64,000 nucleotides of DNA. It comes from the human T2T-CHM13v2.0 reference genome, Homo sapiens. The position numbers and the translations under genes were made by a program. The notes beneath the pieces are model-generated. The model was not told where the DNA came from and did not search any database. It saw only the letters and a program-made list of their open reading frames with translations. Below are positions 45,118-60,283 of this stretch, piece after piece (position 1 is the stretch's first letter; each line of letters opens with the position of its first letter). The stretch is taken from NCBI RefSeq assembly GCF_009914755.1, contig NC_060945.1; one strand, 5' to 3'.

Positions 45118-45455
45118 TTATGGGCGCACTGGCTCAAATCTATAATCCTAGCACTTTGAGAGGCCCAGGTGGGTGGATTACTTGAGGTCGGAAGTTCTAG
45201 ACCAGCCTGGCCAATATGGTGAAACCCCGTCTCTACTAAAAATACAAAAATTAGCCAGGTGTGGTGGCACGCACCTGTAATCCCAGCTACTTGGGAGACT
45301 GAGGCAGGAGAATTGCTTCAACCTGGGAGGCAGAGGTTGCGGTGAGCCAAGATCTCACCACTGCACTCCAGACCAGGCAACAGAGCAAGACTACATCTCA
45401 AAAAAAAAAAAGAAAGAAAGAAAGAAAAAGAAAAAATAAAAAAAAAAAGAAAAGA
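45118..45455 (+). mobile_element. AluS
   Basis: Dimer with a long A/GAAA tail. Confidence 0.92.
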
Positions 45456-45737
45456 AGTTGCAGAAGGGGCAGAGGATTTAAATAATACAAATAAATGCTT
45501 GTGGTGTGTCAAGTGAAGCAAAAAGTGTAAATATTTTACAAGTGGTAAACTCTCAGATTATAAAATGGATAGGGATCGACTGAAAGTAATATGCTAAAAT
45601 GCTACTAATGGCTTCTGCAAGTGGTGGAAAGTGGGTACTTTTTGTTTTCTCAGTTCTACTTTTACTGACTTGCCAAATTTTTCACAAGATTGACTGAGCA
45701 CTTACTCTGGGCAAAGCACAGCTCTAAGTGTTTCACA

Positions 45738-46530
45738 TGTGTTAGTCCATTTGTGCTGCTATAATAAAACACCACAGACTGAATAATGTATAAAGAACAG
45801 AAATTTACTTCTCATGGTTCTGAAGGCTGGAACGTCCAAGACGGAGGTGCTGGCGGGTTTGGTGTCCAGTAAGGGCTCCTCTCTTGGCTTCCAAGATGGT
45901 GCCTTGTTGCTTTCTCTGGAGGGGTCTTCTATGGCAGAAGGGATGGAAAGGCCAAAAGGGCCTAAACTAGTCCCCGCCAGGCCTTTTATAAGGTACTAAT
46001 CTATTCTAATCCACTGGGATTTAATCACATCCCCAAAGGCCTCATCTCTCAATGCCATTGATATGGTTTCGCTGTGTCCCCACCCAAATCTCACCTTAAA
46101 TTTTAATAATTCCCGTGTGTCAAGGGCAGGTGGAGATAATTGAATCACGGAGGCAATTTCTCTCACACTGTTCTCGTGATAGTGAATAAGTCTTATTAAT
46201 TGAATCACAGGGGCAATTTCTGTCATACTCTTCCCGTGGTAGTGAATAAGTCTCATGAGATCTGATGGTTTTATAAATAGGAGTTCCCCTCCACAAGCTC
46301 TCTTGCCTGCTGCCATGTAAGACGTGCCTTTCTCCTCCTTTGCCTTCTGCCATGATTATGAGGCCTCCCCAGCCATGTGAAACTGTGAGTCCATTAAATC
46401 ACTTTTTCTTTATAAATTACCCAGTCTTGGGTATGTCTTTATTAGCAGTGTGAGAACAGACTAACACAGCCATCAAAGTGGGATTAAGCTGCTACATGGA
46501 TTTTAGAGGAGACACATTTAAACCATAGCA
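45738..46530 (-). mobile_element. MST/MLT1A-type LTR interrupted by THE1
   Basis: TGTGTTAGTCCATTTGTGCTGCTATAATAAAAC...TTTAAACCATAGCA. Confidence 0.8.
46059..46468 (+). mobile_element. THE1-family LTR with internal 60-bp duplication
   Basis: TGATATGGTTTCGCTGTGTCCCCACCC...ACAGACTAACACA; TSD GCCAT. Confidence 0.93.
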
Positions 46531-48239
46531 ACATATATTAATTTATTTCTCTCTCGCAGAGGCCATTTTACTTAGGTGGTTTATTTTTGCCATTTTACAG
46601 ATGGAAAAAAGAAGAGAGAGTGAGAACAAGTAAACTCCCCACAGCTCTATCCTTGGTAAGTGAGGTAGCCAAGATTCTGAAGCAGGCTTCTGACTCCAGA
46701 GTGCTCCTAACCACCAGTCTACACTGCCTCTTTACATACACATCACTTCGAAATAAGAAAAAAAGTTCATTTTAAAGAAAAAAGAACTTAATTTTGCCAG
46801 ACAAATAATTTGACAAAATATGATATTTACTTTAGAATACATTATTCATACATATTATGGATTTAGTCTTCATGCAGCCCAATATAGTATCTGAAACATA
46901 TTAGATTTCTATGGCTTGTTTTGATTTTTCTGAAACACTATTTCTTTCGAATTTCTTTGGTGAAAGTAACTTCTAAAAATACAAATCCAGATTTACCCTC
47001 TAAACAAACACAAAGGACATAAATCTTATTACATTAAAAGAAATGTACTTCTAAAGCATATTTGGATGAGGATATATTGAAATATGTCTCTGCAATTCAT
47101 ATCTGGAAATGGCCCTGTGGAGAAGAGAATTACAGGATGAGTAGGTAATGAGGACTGACTTCTACTTATTTAAGAATCATAAGGCTTCATTAAATTCCAA
47201 GGTTTACTTCATTTTCTATCTTCTTTAAACATCAAGTTTAAGAATTTGAACCAAGAAGTAGAAGAAAATAATTATTTATTTAAAAATATATTTAATCTAA
47301 CATCATAAGTGAAGCATAGCAAAGTCTTAAAAAAAAATTGCGGCAAATTGGTCTGAGAGTCCACCATTATGACAGATTACAATGACCAAGGGCATTCGCC
47401 TCTGTCAATTGATATTCTAATGTCTTCATTCAGCAAATATTTACTGGACATCTTCCATTGTGCCAGCCACGGATCTAAGATTTAAAAGCATTTGGCAAAT
47501 TCTTTTTTGAATTGCCTACTCAGTCTACAGAGTCTACAGATGTTTAGACCTAAGGAAACCAGACATCAGGGATATGTTGAACCTTCCAGTGTCAACCCTG
47601 GACAAAGCTTTCCTTTGAAAAGGTAAATGGGAAGCATAAAGAATTCTCCTTGAAAAATCTTGGTAGACGATGGCACAAAGTAGGTGAGGGTTTGGATGGT
47701 GATGGGGGGAGAAGCCTAGCAACTGAGTTTATGAAAGATTCTGGGAAAGCCTTACCCATTCAATGTGCCAGAAATAAACCTAAAATAAGTGGCACCATTC
47801 AAGCAATGACATTTTGAGAATTAAAACATAGCCAAGTCTGAAAGCAGGACACACCATCACTAACTCAGGAGAACCTTGACATGAAACAATGCCCCCCTGC
47901 CTTTCCTCTTGCTTCTCTTTGCCTGTTTGTTTAATCAAATTACGCTACAGCCATCCTACAACTGCACAGTGATTTCTGAAAGGACTCCACTGGAGTTCAT
48001 TCCATTTGCATCAGTCAAAGAAGCTGTCTTTCCCTTCAAATTGCCTTCCCTATAGCCTTCAAAATTGGAACAAGGGATGGCTTTTGTCTTCCAGCCTTAC
48101 CAGGAAGATGAAAGTGAAACAGTTCCCTTCTCTCTGCAGCCGGTCTGCACACGATGATCTGCCCAGGAAACTGTAGGTATATTGTAAACTATTACTGCTC
48201 TGTAGATAAAAAATGGTTGTGGTGAGATGCCAAGAAGTC

Positions 48240-48560
48240 TTTATTTATATATTTATATATATATTTATATATATTTTTATATATTTATATTTATATATAT
48301 TTATATATAAATATATACATTTTTATATAATTATATTTTTATATAATTATATTTATATATAAAATGTATTTTATATATAATGTATTTTATATATAATATA
48401 TAAATATATTTATCTATATTTATATATTTATATATATATATTTATATATTTATTTGTATATACATTTATATATTTATTTATACATATATTTTTATATACA
48501 TTTATATATTTATTTATACATATATATTTATATATTTATATATATAAAGTCTTTATATAT
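48240..48560. repeat. AT-rich (TA/TTTA)n low-complexity tract
   Basis: About 320 bp almost entirely A/T. Confidence 0.95.
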
Positions 48561-50751
48561 CTGGTTTCCTCTCAATCTCTCTCTTTCTTTCCTTCTTTCT
48601 TTCTTTTCTTCTTTCCCATTTTCCTTCCTTCTCTCCTTCCTTGCTCCAGATTTAACATTAAAACTCACATGATGCCACAAGTTTGAGCACAACATGTCTA
48701 AGAACAAGTTCTTAGGAGATGCGCCTGGGCCCCAAGAAGCACAATGATGATGTGCTCCTGGGCCTGGAATCTCAAGGCTCAAGGAGCTCCATGGTCCTGA
48801 CCCAGGTGATGAGGAGGAAAGCTCTCCACTCCATCAGGCCTCTAATTCCACACCTGGAAAAAAGAAAGACGAATTGGACCAGAGTCTCCCCAAGTCTCCT
48901 CTCGTTCTTAACTTGTAGTTCTAGAATAATGGAATGTCGGGAGCCCACGAAAGCTGCCTTCCTCCAACAAATGTGCACTGGGGTAGACCCCTCCTTCTTT
49001 CCACCCTGCTGGGTTGTACTCAGAAGCATCTCTGCTCTTGGCTCTCCTTAACCATGCTATGGCCAACCACACCCTCCCTGAAGGATGGTGGTATGAGTCG
49101 CTCACCATCAACAGCTCCCACCTTCCTCTTGGGTTCTTCAGCAGCTTCTTAAAGTCCCTGGCAAGAGGAGAGAGAACCTAATACTTATCCATCAATGTAA
49201 TGGGTATATAGGAATGAGATGTAATCACCTTTATACATTCATAATTTAATCCTCCCAGCAGCCCAATGAAAGCCAATCAACCATTCATGGATCCAACAAA
49301 TATTTCAGAGCCTATTTCTTGTGTGGTTGGCAGTGGGGCCTGCGTCTCCAATGGGGACACAGTAGAGCTGAACTGCCATCCAGGAGGTGACTCTCAATCA
49401 GGAAACAGGAAACAAGAGAGCACACAAATAAAAAGATAGCAGGAAGGGAGGTGCCCTTAAATTAAGTGAAGGGGCACCTTAAAGGGAAGGGGCATTAAGT
49501 AAGAGATCTGAGGGGTTGAGGAAACCAACATTGCAGGTGAGGGTACAGGCCAAGGACTCAGGGAGCCTGGTGATCTCAGGCTCAAAACCTTAGTGTGGCT
49601 GGAACTAAGGGGGAAGAAAAACATTACAACATCCCCAAGGTAGGCAGGGCCTCAGATGCTGGGCAGCAAATGTGGGTTTTATCCTGAGTACAAAGAGCAG
49701 TCATCTGCCAAGGAGCCCAGTGCTGCTTCCACTGCAAATATCTAGGTTCCAAGAGCCCCTCAACCCTTCTCCTCCCTGGACAAAGATCCACCCTCAAGCT
49801 ACTTCTCATATCATTCGCTTGCATGTCGCTGACTCTCAAGCATGCTCCTGGTCATATCTGGGACTTGTTCTTCAAGTCTTATCTTTTATTGTAGCACAAA
49901 ACCTTTTGGCCTCCGTTATGCAAATTCGAGATACCAGTCATTTGAGGAAGAAGTAGAGAAGGGAGGGAAAACAGGGTCATCTTCCCCAGCTGCCCTAACT
50001 CGTTTCTGCAAAAGACTAATGTGTTTCCAAACTCTCCAAGCACAAGAGCTCCCAAGCAATTACTTTAGGGAAGCCAATGATAAATTTACATTGAATTGCT
50101 GGGTTTATGAAACGATAGTGTTTCCACAAGTGTAGACTGCAGAAGTTTTGAGAGGTATCAAAACTTATTACATAAAGGTTTGGCAATATGGAGTTTATAG
50201 AAATTAAGTAGGTCTCTTGACTATAGGACTTCTCAGACCTTAATCGGCAACTGCAGGGCAGGAGTCTCTGGATCATCATGGCAGCTATGTTGGTCCCATG
50301 TCCCTGGACTCTGCTGGTCTGCTTTCTCGTCTCTATCTAGAGTACTATATAAGTACTAGGAAGGCAGAGATTGTATCTTAAATATTGCATGTCTTGAATG
50401 GTGTCTCAAGCATAGTGAGATCTCAATTATTAACAAATACTTATTAATAAATAAATGAAGGAGTCACCAGCAGGTGATTATTTTCCAAACTTCTCATATT
50501 TTTTTCATGGAACACATCTTTGGACTCTTGCTAAAGAACAGACCCCTTAGGAATGCTTCTAAGGAATGCTGCTTCAGGAAAAAATGACAACAAAACTATG
50601 ATGTGTACAGGTTCTTTACCTAATATGGAAGAACCTAGAATTCATTATTATATTTGGTACTTTTTTCTTGTAGGGAACTTGTGTCCTCTAAAATTTATTT
50701 AAACTAAAAATGTCATCGTCATCATCAGTCAAGATAGCCATCTTGCTTTGT

Positions 50752-50958
50752 TTCTCTGTCTCTCTCTCTCTCATTCTCTCTCTCTGTCTCTCTCTCTCTC
50801 TCTCATTCTCTCTCTATCTCTCTCATTCTCTCTCTCTCTGTCTCTCTCTCTCACTCTCTCTCTGTCTCTCTCATTCTCTCTCTCTGTCTCTCTTTCTCAT
50901 TCTCTCTCTCTCATTCTCTCTCTCTCTCATTCTCTCTCTCATTCTCTCTCTCTCTCAT

Positions 50959-50991
<33 letters not shown>

Positions 50992-51143
50992 GTCTCTCTC
51001 TGTCTCTCTCTCTGTCTCTCTCTGTCTCTGTCTCTCTCTCTGTCTCTCTGTCTCTCTCTGTCTCTGTCTCTCTCTCTGTCTGTCTCTGTCTCTCTCTCTG
51101 TCTGTCTCTGTCTCTCTCTCTCATTCTCTCATTCTCTGTCTCT
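50752..51143. repeat. Complex (CT)n repeat with TCATTC and TCTGTC interruptions
   Basis: About 390-bp pyrimidine-rich strand. Confidence 0.95.
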
Positions 51144-51311
51144 TCCACACACACTCACCTACACAATGATGCATGGCCATAATTATTAAAAATTATTTTC
51201 AGATTAGAAAATTCAGAGAAGAAAACAACTATTGGGAATCCCACCAGTTAAAATGTTGGCATTTTTCTTTCTCCTGGTCTTCCTTCTTTGCTTTTTGTTC
51301 TGAAATCATGC

Positions 51312-51608
<297 letters not shown>

Positions 51609-52280
51609 CAAATCACGCTTTTCATGCACACACTGGACATGCCATGGGAGGGATCTACCAGATACCTTCCTCCCTTCTCTCAGAAGCCCGGTGTGCTCTG
51701 CATGCCCGCAGCCCCATTCTTGGGCCAATCCAAAGCGGCTCCTTTTGCATGAGGAACTGACCAGAGGCACGCTGGAGCCACTGAGCCAAGCTGGCTTGAG
51801 CTTCCTGCATACCTGGGCATCTCAAAGGCTGGAAGCTGCTCTTGAGAGTGAATTTCCTATAAGCTAAAACCCTCCCACTGCAAAAAGATCCGTCTTTTCC
51901 CCACCACGGTAAAAAAAAACGTAATTCCTTTTCCTTCTTTCTTATTCTGCGTATAGTATAATGTCTTTAAAAGCTGTTGCAAAAGTAACTGCTCGATATG
52001 TCACTCCAGGACACTAATTGTTTAGTGGGAACACACATTTCCTGAATTCATTGCAGGGTTATAGGTCAGTTGATTTATTATTATTTGTGCAAAAGTAAAT
52101 GGCTTTTGAAGTGAAGCTGCTTCCTGGCAACAGAGGACGATCCCAGCCCTCGGAGTGTGCGTCTGCAGCTTACGACCGGACGCATCCCGGGACAGGGCTG
52201 TGGTCCTTCACAGCACCTGTCTGGGTCTGGCCCTCTCACATTGCAAACTTCGCAAAGACCTGAACAACTGAGGCAGCTAA

Positions 52281-52617
<337 letters not shown>

Positions 52618-53292
52618 CCTGCTCACTCTTGACAGAGTGAACAAGCACTCCTCCCCCCTCCCCAAAACACTGAATCCCAGCATTCCCAACGTGCAAGCAA
52701 GCCTTTCACAGAAAAGCGTTACAATCTTATAATTAAATTAGGTGCTTGTGGGAAACAGCACAATTAAAACCAGAAAATAATTTAGGAAGATTAAACCCAT
52801 TAAGGTAGGACTTTTCTTCTTTAGTGGAGAGGAAATACAATTAGGTGAACTAACTTATTAAAAACACCTACACAGATATCTAAATATCTCCCAAATGCAC
52901 TGAAATGCTTTGCTCCCTGTGAGGCAGAAAGACTCCACTTCCTTTTCTGCCAAATCAAATTAGAAAGCCCAACTCAATGATTCCCCAGGAGAAATATTTA
53001 CACCTCAAAATAGATTGAAGGAAATCTAATCTGAAGCTGCCCAGAAATTACTACAGAACTAAGTTATTTCTGTCATTTTAGGGTGGTAAGCTCATGATTT
53101 CATGATAAGAGCACCCATTCTATCACCTAAATTTATATAAACCTTGAAGAATAAACACGGGGTAGAGATCTACTTTTCAGGATATGGACAGAAAAGTTCT
53201 TGTGGTCTTACGTAATTACAATATAAAAATGGGTATAGATATGACCTGACACATTATACAATAGATCATTTAGGTATAATGTAGACTTAATG

Positions 53293-53630
<338 letters not shown>

Positions 53631-53928
53631 TTAACGATATATATATATAGGAACAGTTATAGCCAGATGTTCTCAGAGTTTGACGGTTGGAGAAATATAA
53701 CAGTGATTAAAAGCTTCACCTTTGGAGTCAGATGAACTTGGATCTAACATGGCCATAAGCATGTTAAATCTGTCTCTAAATTTTAGCCTCCACATCTGTA
53801 AAATGGAGATTCTAGAACCACCTTTGAGGAATGTTATGGGGATTGGATAAGGCCATACCTATTGTTTGCTCAGCAGTGCCCTGGTACTTAGGAAATGCCC
53901 ATAGTCACTATTTTAAATAGTAAAAATA

Positions 53929-54297
<369 letters not shown>

Positions 54298-54406
54298 CTA
54301 CGTTACCTCATTTAACCCTAATGGTGATCTTGTGAGCAGGTATATTTAATTCCACACACATGTTACAAAAGAGGAAATTGAGGCACAAAACCTTTTGGTA
54401 ATGTGC

Positions 54407-54774
54407 TGATATGGTATGGCTCTGTGTCCCCACCCAAATCTCATCTTGAATTGTAATCCTCTTGTGTCAAGGGAGGGGCCTGGTGGGAGGTGATTGGATC
54501 ATGGGGACGGTTTCCTCCATGCTGTTCTTGTGATAGTGAGTGAGTTCTCATGAGATCTGATGGTTTTTTAAAAGTGGTATTTTCTCCTTCGCTCTCTCTC
54601 TCTCTCCTGCCGCCATGTAAAACATGCCTGCTTCCCCTTTGCCTTCCACCATGATTATAAGTTTCCTGAGGCCTTCCCAGCTTTGTGGAACTGTGAGTCA
54701 ATCAGACCTCTTTTCTTTCTAAATTACCCAGTCTCAGACAATCCTTTATACCAGTGTGAGACTGGACTAATACA
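54407..54774 (+). mobile_element. MSTA/THE1D-type LTR
   Basis: TGATATGGTATGGCTCTGTGTCCCCACCC...GGACTAATACA. Confidence 0.9.
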
Positions 54775-55101
54775 CACACCAGTGTCATACGTCCAGTACA
54801 TGGCTAGGCCTGCATAGAAACCCCTCATTCCTGAACCACATGATAAGAGCTTAGATCATTTCTTTGGTAGGTGGGAAAGGTGGTCTCCAGAGCAAAGAAG
54901 CAGCACTAGTACCCCAGTTCACGACCACATTTCAAAAAGCAGTGTCATGTACTCCTGTCATCACTGTTCACTGTTAGATAATAAAGGTATGCAGTCTTTG
55001 CTTTGGTCCCATGTGCGGAAATTTCAGATGGAAGCTGAACCAGACTTAGAAACGTAGGACAAGTCACCAATGCCTAGAAAGATGCTTTAGTAGTGTACAT
55101 C

Positions 55102-55515
55102 TCCCTCAGTTCATTCTCACATTGCTATAAAGAAATACCGGAGACTGGGTAATTTATAAAGAAAAGAGGTTTCATTGGCTCACCGTTCCACAGGCTGCAC
55201 AGGAAGCATGGCAGCATCTGCTCCACTCCGGAGGAGGCCTCAGGAAACTTTCAATCACGGCAGAAGGCAAAAGGGAAGCAAGCACATCGTATGTGGCAGG
55301 GACATGTGGAGGAGAGAGGTGCTGGTAAACACTTTTGAACAACCAAATCTCGTGAGAACTCACTCACTATACAGTGCCAAAGAGGGATAGTGCTAAGCCA
55401 TTCATGAGAACTCCACCCCCACGACCCATTCGCCTCCCACCAGGTCCCACCTTCAGCACTGGGGATTACAATTCAACATGAGATTTGGGTGGGGACACAG
55501 ATGCAAACCATATCA
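55102..55515 (-). mobile_element. MST-type LTR
   Basis: Ends GCAAACCATATCA; TSD ACATC (55097-55101, 55516-55520). Confidence 0.88.
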
Positions 55516-56106
55516 ACATCATAGGATGAGAAGAAGCAGCCAGGCATTTTTTGAACTACTCTTGATAAATTCTTTACAGATAAATAAAACACTTTAATGT
55601 TTGGAACGTTTCAATCACAGTGTATGAAACGAATGTTAGTTACTCCATTTCTTTTTATTTCCCTGTACTGTACATTTATAACTGACGCTAAGACAACCTT
55701 GAATGTTTGGACAAAATGGTTTAAAGGTCACAGAACACTCACAAATTTCCCGTTAATTATTAAAACTGTTTTGCCCAGTTTCAGCTTGCACCGTCAGTTT
55801 TATGGCCCTGCTGTAAGGTGTAAATGCTATATTTGTTAAGTGTCTATACATGTGGAGTGTGTTCATTTCCTACAAGGCTGATCACAATGCTAGATGAAAG
55901 TGTGCCCCTCCCCTGCTCCTCAGACCCTGGTGGGTTCTGCTTCTCCATGCATTCTGGGCTGGCTTCCATCTCCAGAAGTGATTCTTCTCCTGTGCTCCCC
56001 TTCCTTACACTCCCTAGTAATGGCTTAGCTACACAGCCTTCCTGCCTCTCAGTCTCGTTCCTGCCTCCACTTCCTCCTGAAGCTCCTGAAACAAACCCAG
56101 GCTATT

Positions 56107-56108
<2 letters not shown>

Positions 56109-56140
<32 letters not shown>

Positions 56141-56418
56141 AGATGGAGTCTTACTCTGTTGCCCAGGCTGGAGTGCAGTGGCGCGATCTTGACTTGCTGC
56201 AACCTCTGCCTCCCAGGTTCAAGCAATCCTCCCACCTCAGCCTCCTGAGTAACTGGAGTACAGCCACATGCCACCACGCCTGGCTAATTTTTGCATTTTT
56301 AGTAGAGATGAGGTTTCACCATGTTGGCCAGGATGGTCTCAAATTCTTGACCTCAGATGATCCGCCCCCTTCAGCCTCCCAAAGTGCTGGGATTATAGGC
56401 GTGAGCCACGTGCCCGGC
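56109..56418 (-). mobile_element. AluS
   Basis: Long poly-T and reverse dimer. Confidence 0.95.
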
Positions 56419-56896
56419 TCCATGCTGTTCTTAACACCCTTCTATTCCATGACAATAAGAGCTAACGTGTCGAGTGCATGCTTGCTTGTAAGTCATTTTA
56501 GCCTCACCCTCACAAACTCTGACAAGCAGGGTGATACTAGTATCACTCCCATTTGGCAGAAGAAACTGAGGCACAGAGAAAGCAGGTCACTTGTTCAGGC
56601 CACCAGAAAGTGTCAAGGCAGGCTTCAGACCCAGGTGGCCTGGCTTCTGAACCTGCGGGCTGGACCGGCCCACCTGGGTGCCCTTCTGTGGTCCTTGCCT
56701 GCAGTCATTTTTGCTATTGGGCCCAGGGGCACAAGCTAGTCATGAGACTTCCAAAAAATATTTAAAATTGGGGAAAGGAAAAATACAGATACTCTCCAGA
56801 ATATGAAAACTGCAAAAACAAAACCAATCCATTTAAGTAAGTGTGTACACAATATAATATTTATGGCATTTAAAAATAACTAAATTTGGTTTTTAA

Positions 56897-57314
<418 letters not shown>

Positions 57315-57760
57315 TACTTATGTTTTTAAATAAATTGATAAAATCATTTCAAATTATTTTATGCCCAAATACATATGCATGTGATGTGAAATGTGGTTGC
57401 CTTTTCAAATGTGTGACTTGACATAGGCAGGGGTCTCAGCTTTAAGAAAAAGGGGAAACCAAGTCCTCAACATGGTCTTGTCTTTCCCTGGGCCCATAGC
57501 TCCTATGTAGATGGTCCCAGACCAATTACAACCGGATCTGCATGTCCAGCTCCTGCCGGGGACCACCCCAGCTGCACCTCTCCAGACAGCAGGGACAGGC
57601 TCGGGCACCTTGTCCAAGGCAGAAAGACATCAGAGCTAAGGCTGCCTGGATTCAAACTGTCATTCTCCTGCCGAGTAAAAAGATGACCTTGGGGGCTTAC
57701 TTAACCTTGCTGATCTCAGACATGCCTGCTTCAAGGGGCTGTTTGTGAAGATTGCCTACC

Positions 57761-58204
57761 TGAAAGGAAGAAGGTGGGGCAAAATTAATCCAAGCAGATA
57801 ATTTATTTGGCCAAGCTTGAGGATTGCAACCCGAGAGCATAGATTCAAGTTGTCCTGAATCTACAATCCAAAGAGCGCAGGTAGTCGTGGATTTTTAAAA
57901 ACAAGAGGCAGGGAGTTGGCTGCTACAAAGTTGTTTGCCAGGAATTCTCATTGGTGTACACGAACAACATTGAAGAGCAATTGGTTATACATGGTTAAGC
58001 TATAGGTTGTGGGTTACAGCATCCCCTGTGGCATTATTAGGTTAATCTACAGCTATCTGTGGCAATAGCAATAGTTTAAAGAGATGAACACACAGCTCAA
58101 AGTGGGAAAGTGGAGAATGGTTGCTATCTCATTTTAATGCCTCTCTGGGCCTGATAATTTGAAAGGGCTCACGTTCCTCACATGAAAGTTCTTTTCTTTC
58201 CTCT
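57761..58204 (-). mobile_element. ERV1-class (MER4-group) solo LTR, subfamily uncertain
   Basis: GGCCAAGCTTGAGGATTGCAACCCGAGAGCATAGATTCAAG...CTCTCTGGGCCTGATAATTT...AGTTCTTTTCTTTCCTC. Confidence 0.65.
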
Positions 58205-58281
58205 GGATTGAGTTCACACATGGCACATGGAGTATGACCTGTACATTCATTCACTCAAAACAAAAAACAAAACAAAAAAAT

Positions 58282-58599
58282 AGCTCCAGGCAGTGACTCA
58301 TGCGTGTCATCCCGTACTTTGGGAGGCCAAGGCAGGAGGATCTCTTCAGGCCAGGAGTCGGAGACCAGCCTGGACAATATAGTGAGATCTCATCTCTATT
58401 TAAAAAAAGTTTTTTTTTAATTAGCCAGGCGTGGTAGTGTGTGCCTGTGGTCCCAGCTACCTGGGATGCTGAGGTGGGAGGATCAATTGAGTCCAAGAAT
58501 TTGAGGCTGCAGTGAGCTGAGATTGTACCACTGCACTCCAGCCTGGATGACCAAGCAAGATCCTGTCACAAAAACAAACAAACAAACAAACAAACAAAA
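58282..58599 (+). mobile_element. AluJ
   Basis: Diverged dimer with (AAAC)n tail. Confidence 0.9.
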
Positions 58600-58809
58600 C
58601 TATGCAGCAGCAACTATGTGCTGGGCCCTGTTCTGGACCCTGGGATACAGCTGCAAACAAAGGTCCTGCTCTTATGGAGCTCACATCTTGTGAGGGAGAA
58701 GCAGGAGATGGAGATGTAACGTGCTCAGGGTGATGAGAGCTGAGGAAAGAAGTGAGCTGGAGAAACGGATTGGGACACGGGAAGGCATCACTGACGCGGG
58801 GTATATGAG

Positions 58810-59484
<675 letters not shown>

Positions 59485-59842
59485 GCTGAAGCAAGCAAGG
59501 CCGTTAGCAAGGAGCGGGCTGGGGAGAGCACTCCAGGCAGAGGGAACAGCCAGGGCCAGGGCCTTGAGACAGACGTGAGCCAGGATATCTGAGGAACAGC
59601 AGAAAAGCCAGTGTGGCCGCAGCTAAATGAGGAACAATGTGTGAGTTCCCTGGGGCGGCCAAAACAAACACCACGGACGGGGGCCTTCAACCACAGACAC
59701 CGATTTCCTCACAGCTCTGGAGGCGAAAAGTCCAAGAAAACTGCACGGAGTATCTATGAGGCCCTGATGGAGACCTGACCTGGTCCACACCCATGGCCTG
59801 GCAAGCTAGATGGGGTGAATTTTCACCTGCCACAGTCGCAAG

Positions 59843-60283
59843 TCAAAGCCACCGGCTTCTCTCTTCTCCCTCCCATTGCTCCTGACAGCCAGGGTTAATA
59901 TTTTGCCTCATGTAAACAGGGAGGCATCCACCCGAGAATCTCCCCTCAGCCCACATAAGCTCTGCAGAGAGGGCTGTGTTGCTCCAGTTCCCACCTGGAC
60001 ATGAGCACTTTGAAGGGCAGCTTCCCTCCCGGGGTCTGGCTGAGCTCAGGGTAGGCGTCAGTCTGCATGGATTGGATGGAGGAAGGCTGTGCGTGGCAGG
60101 AGATGACACTGCCCTTGGGCTGTGTGGTTTCTCTCTGTTCCGAGCCCTGTTCCTCCACCTTAGCGGAATAGCGCCTCTCCATCCAGTTCTCATCTTTGAG
60201 AACGTTTCTTGGGATGAAAGCCACGACGTTGGATATGAACAACCTGGTTGCCAAGTTGTTTGCATTTTTGCCTCCTCTCCTTT
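59843..60283 (-). ncRNA. LINC00114: Probable exon of lncRNA LINC00114 (C21orf24) carrying a 140-codon putative ORF (ATG 60265, stop 59843)
   Basis: Minus-strand acceptor CAGCTTTTCCCTTCAG|AAAGG at 60284/60283, 18 nt before the ATG; the peptide MQTTWQPGCSYPTSWLSSQ...EERSRWL matches my recollection of the putative C21orf24 product; exon 3' end not determined. Confidence 0.6.

Noticed and set aside
50710-51189. 159-aa and 144-aa Ser/Leu-repeat ORFs, and the Lys/Glu/Arg ORFs at 34237-34713
   Set aside because: Artefacts of stop-free simple repeats
56143-56739. 198-aa ORF, the longest in the track, and similar ORFs at 451, 10692, 17373, 25913, 27317, 41296, 42955, 52157 and 59032
   Set aside because: Translations of Alu sequence ([19 protein letters not shown] motifs) running into flanking repeats
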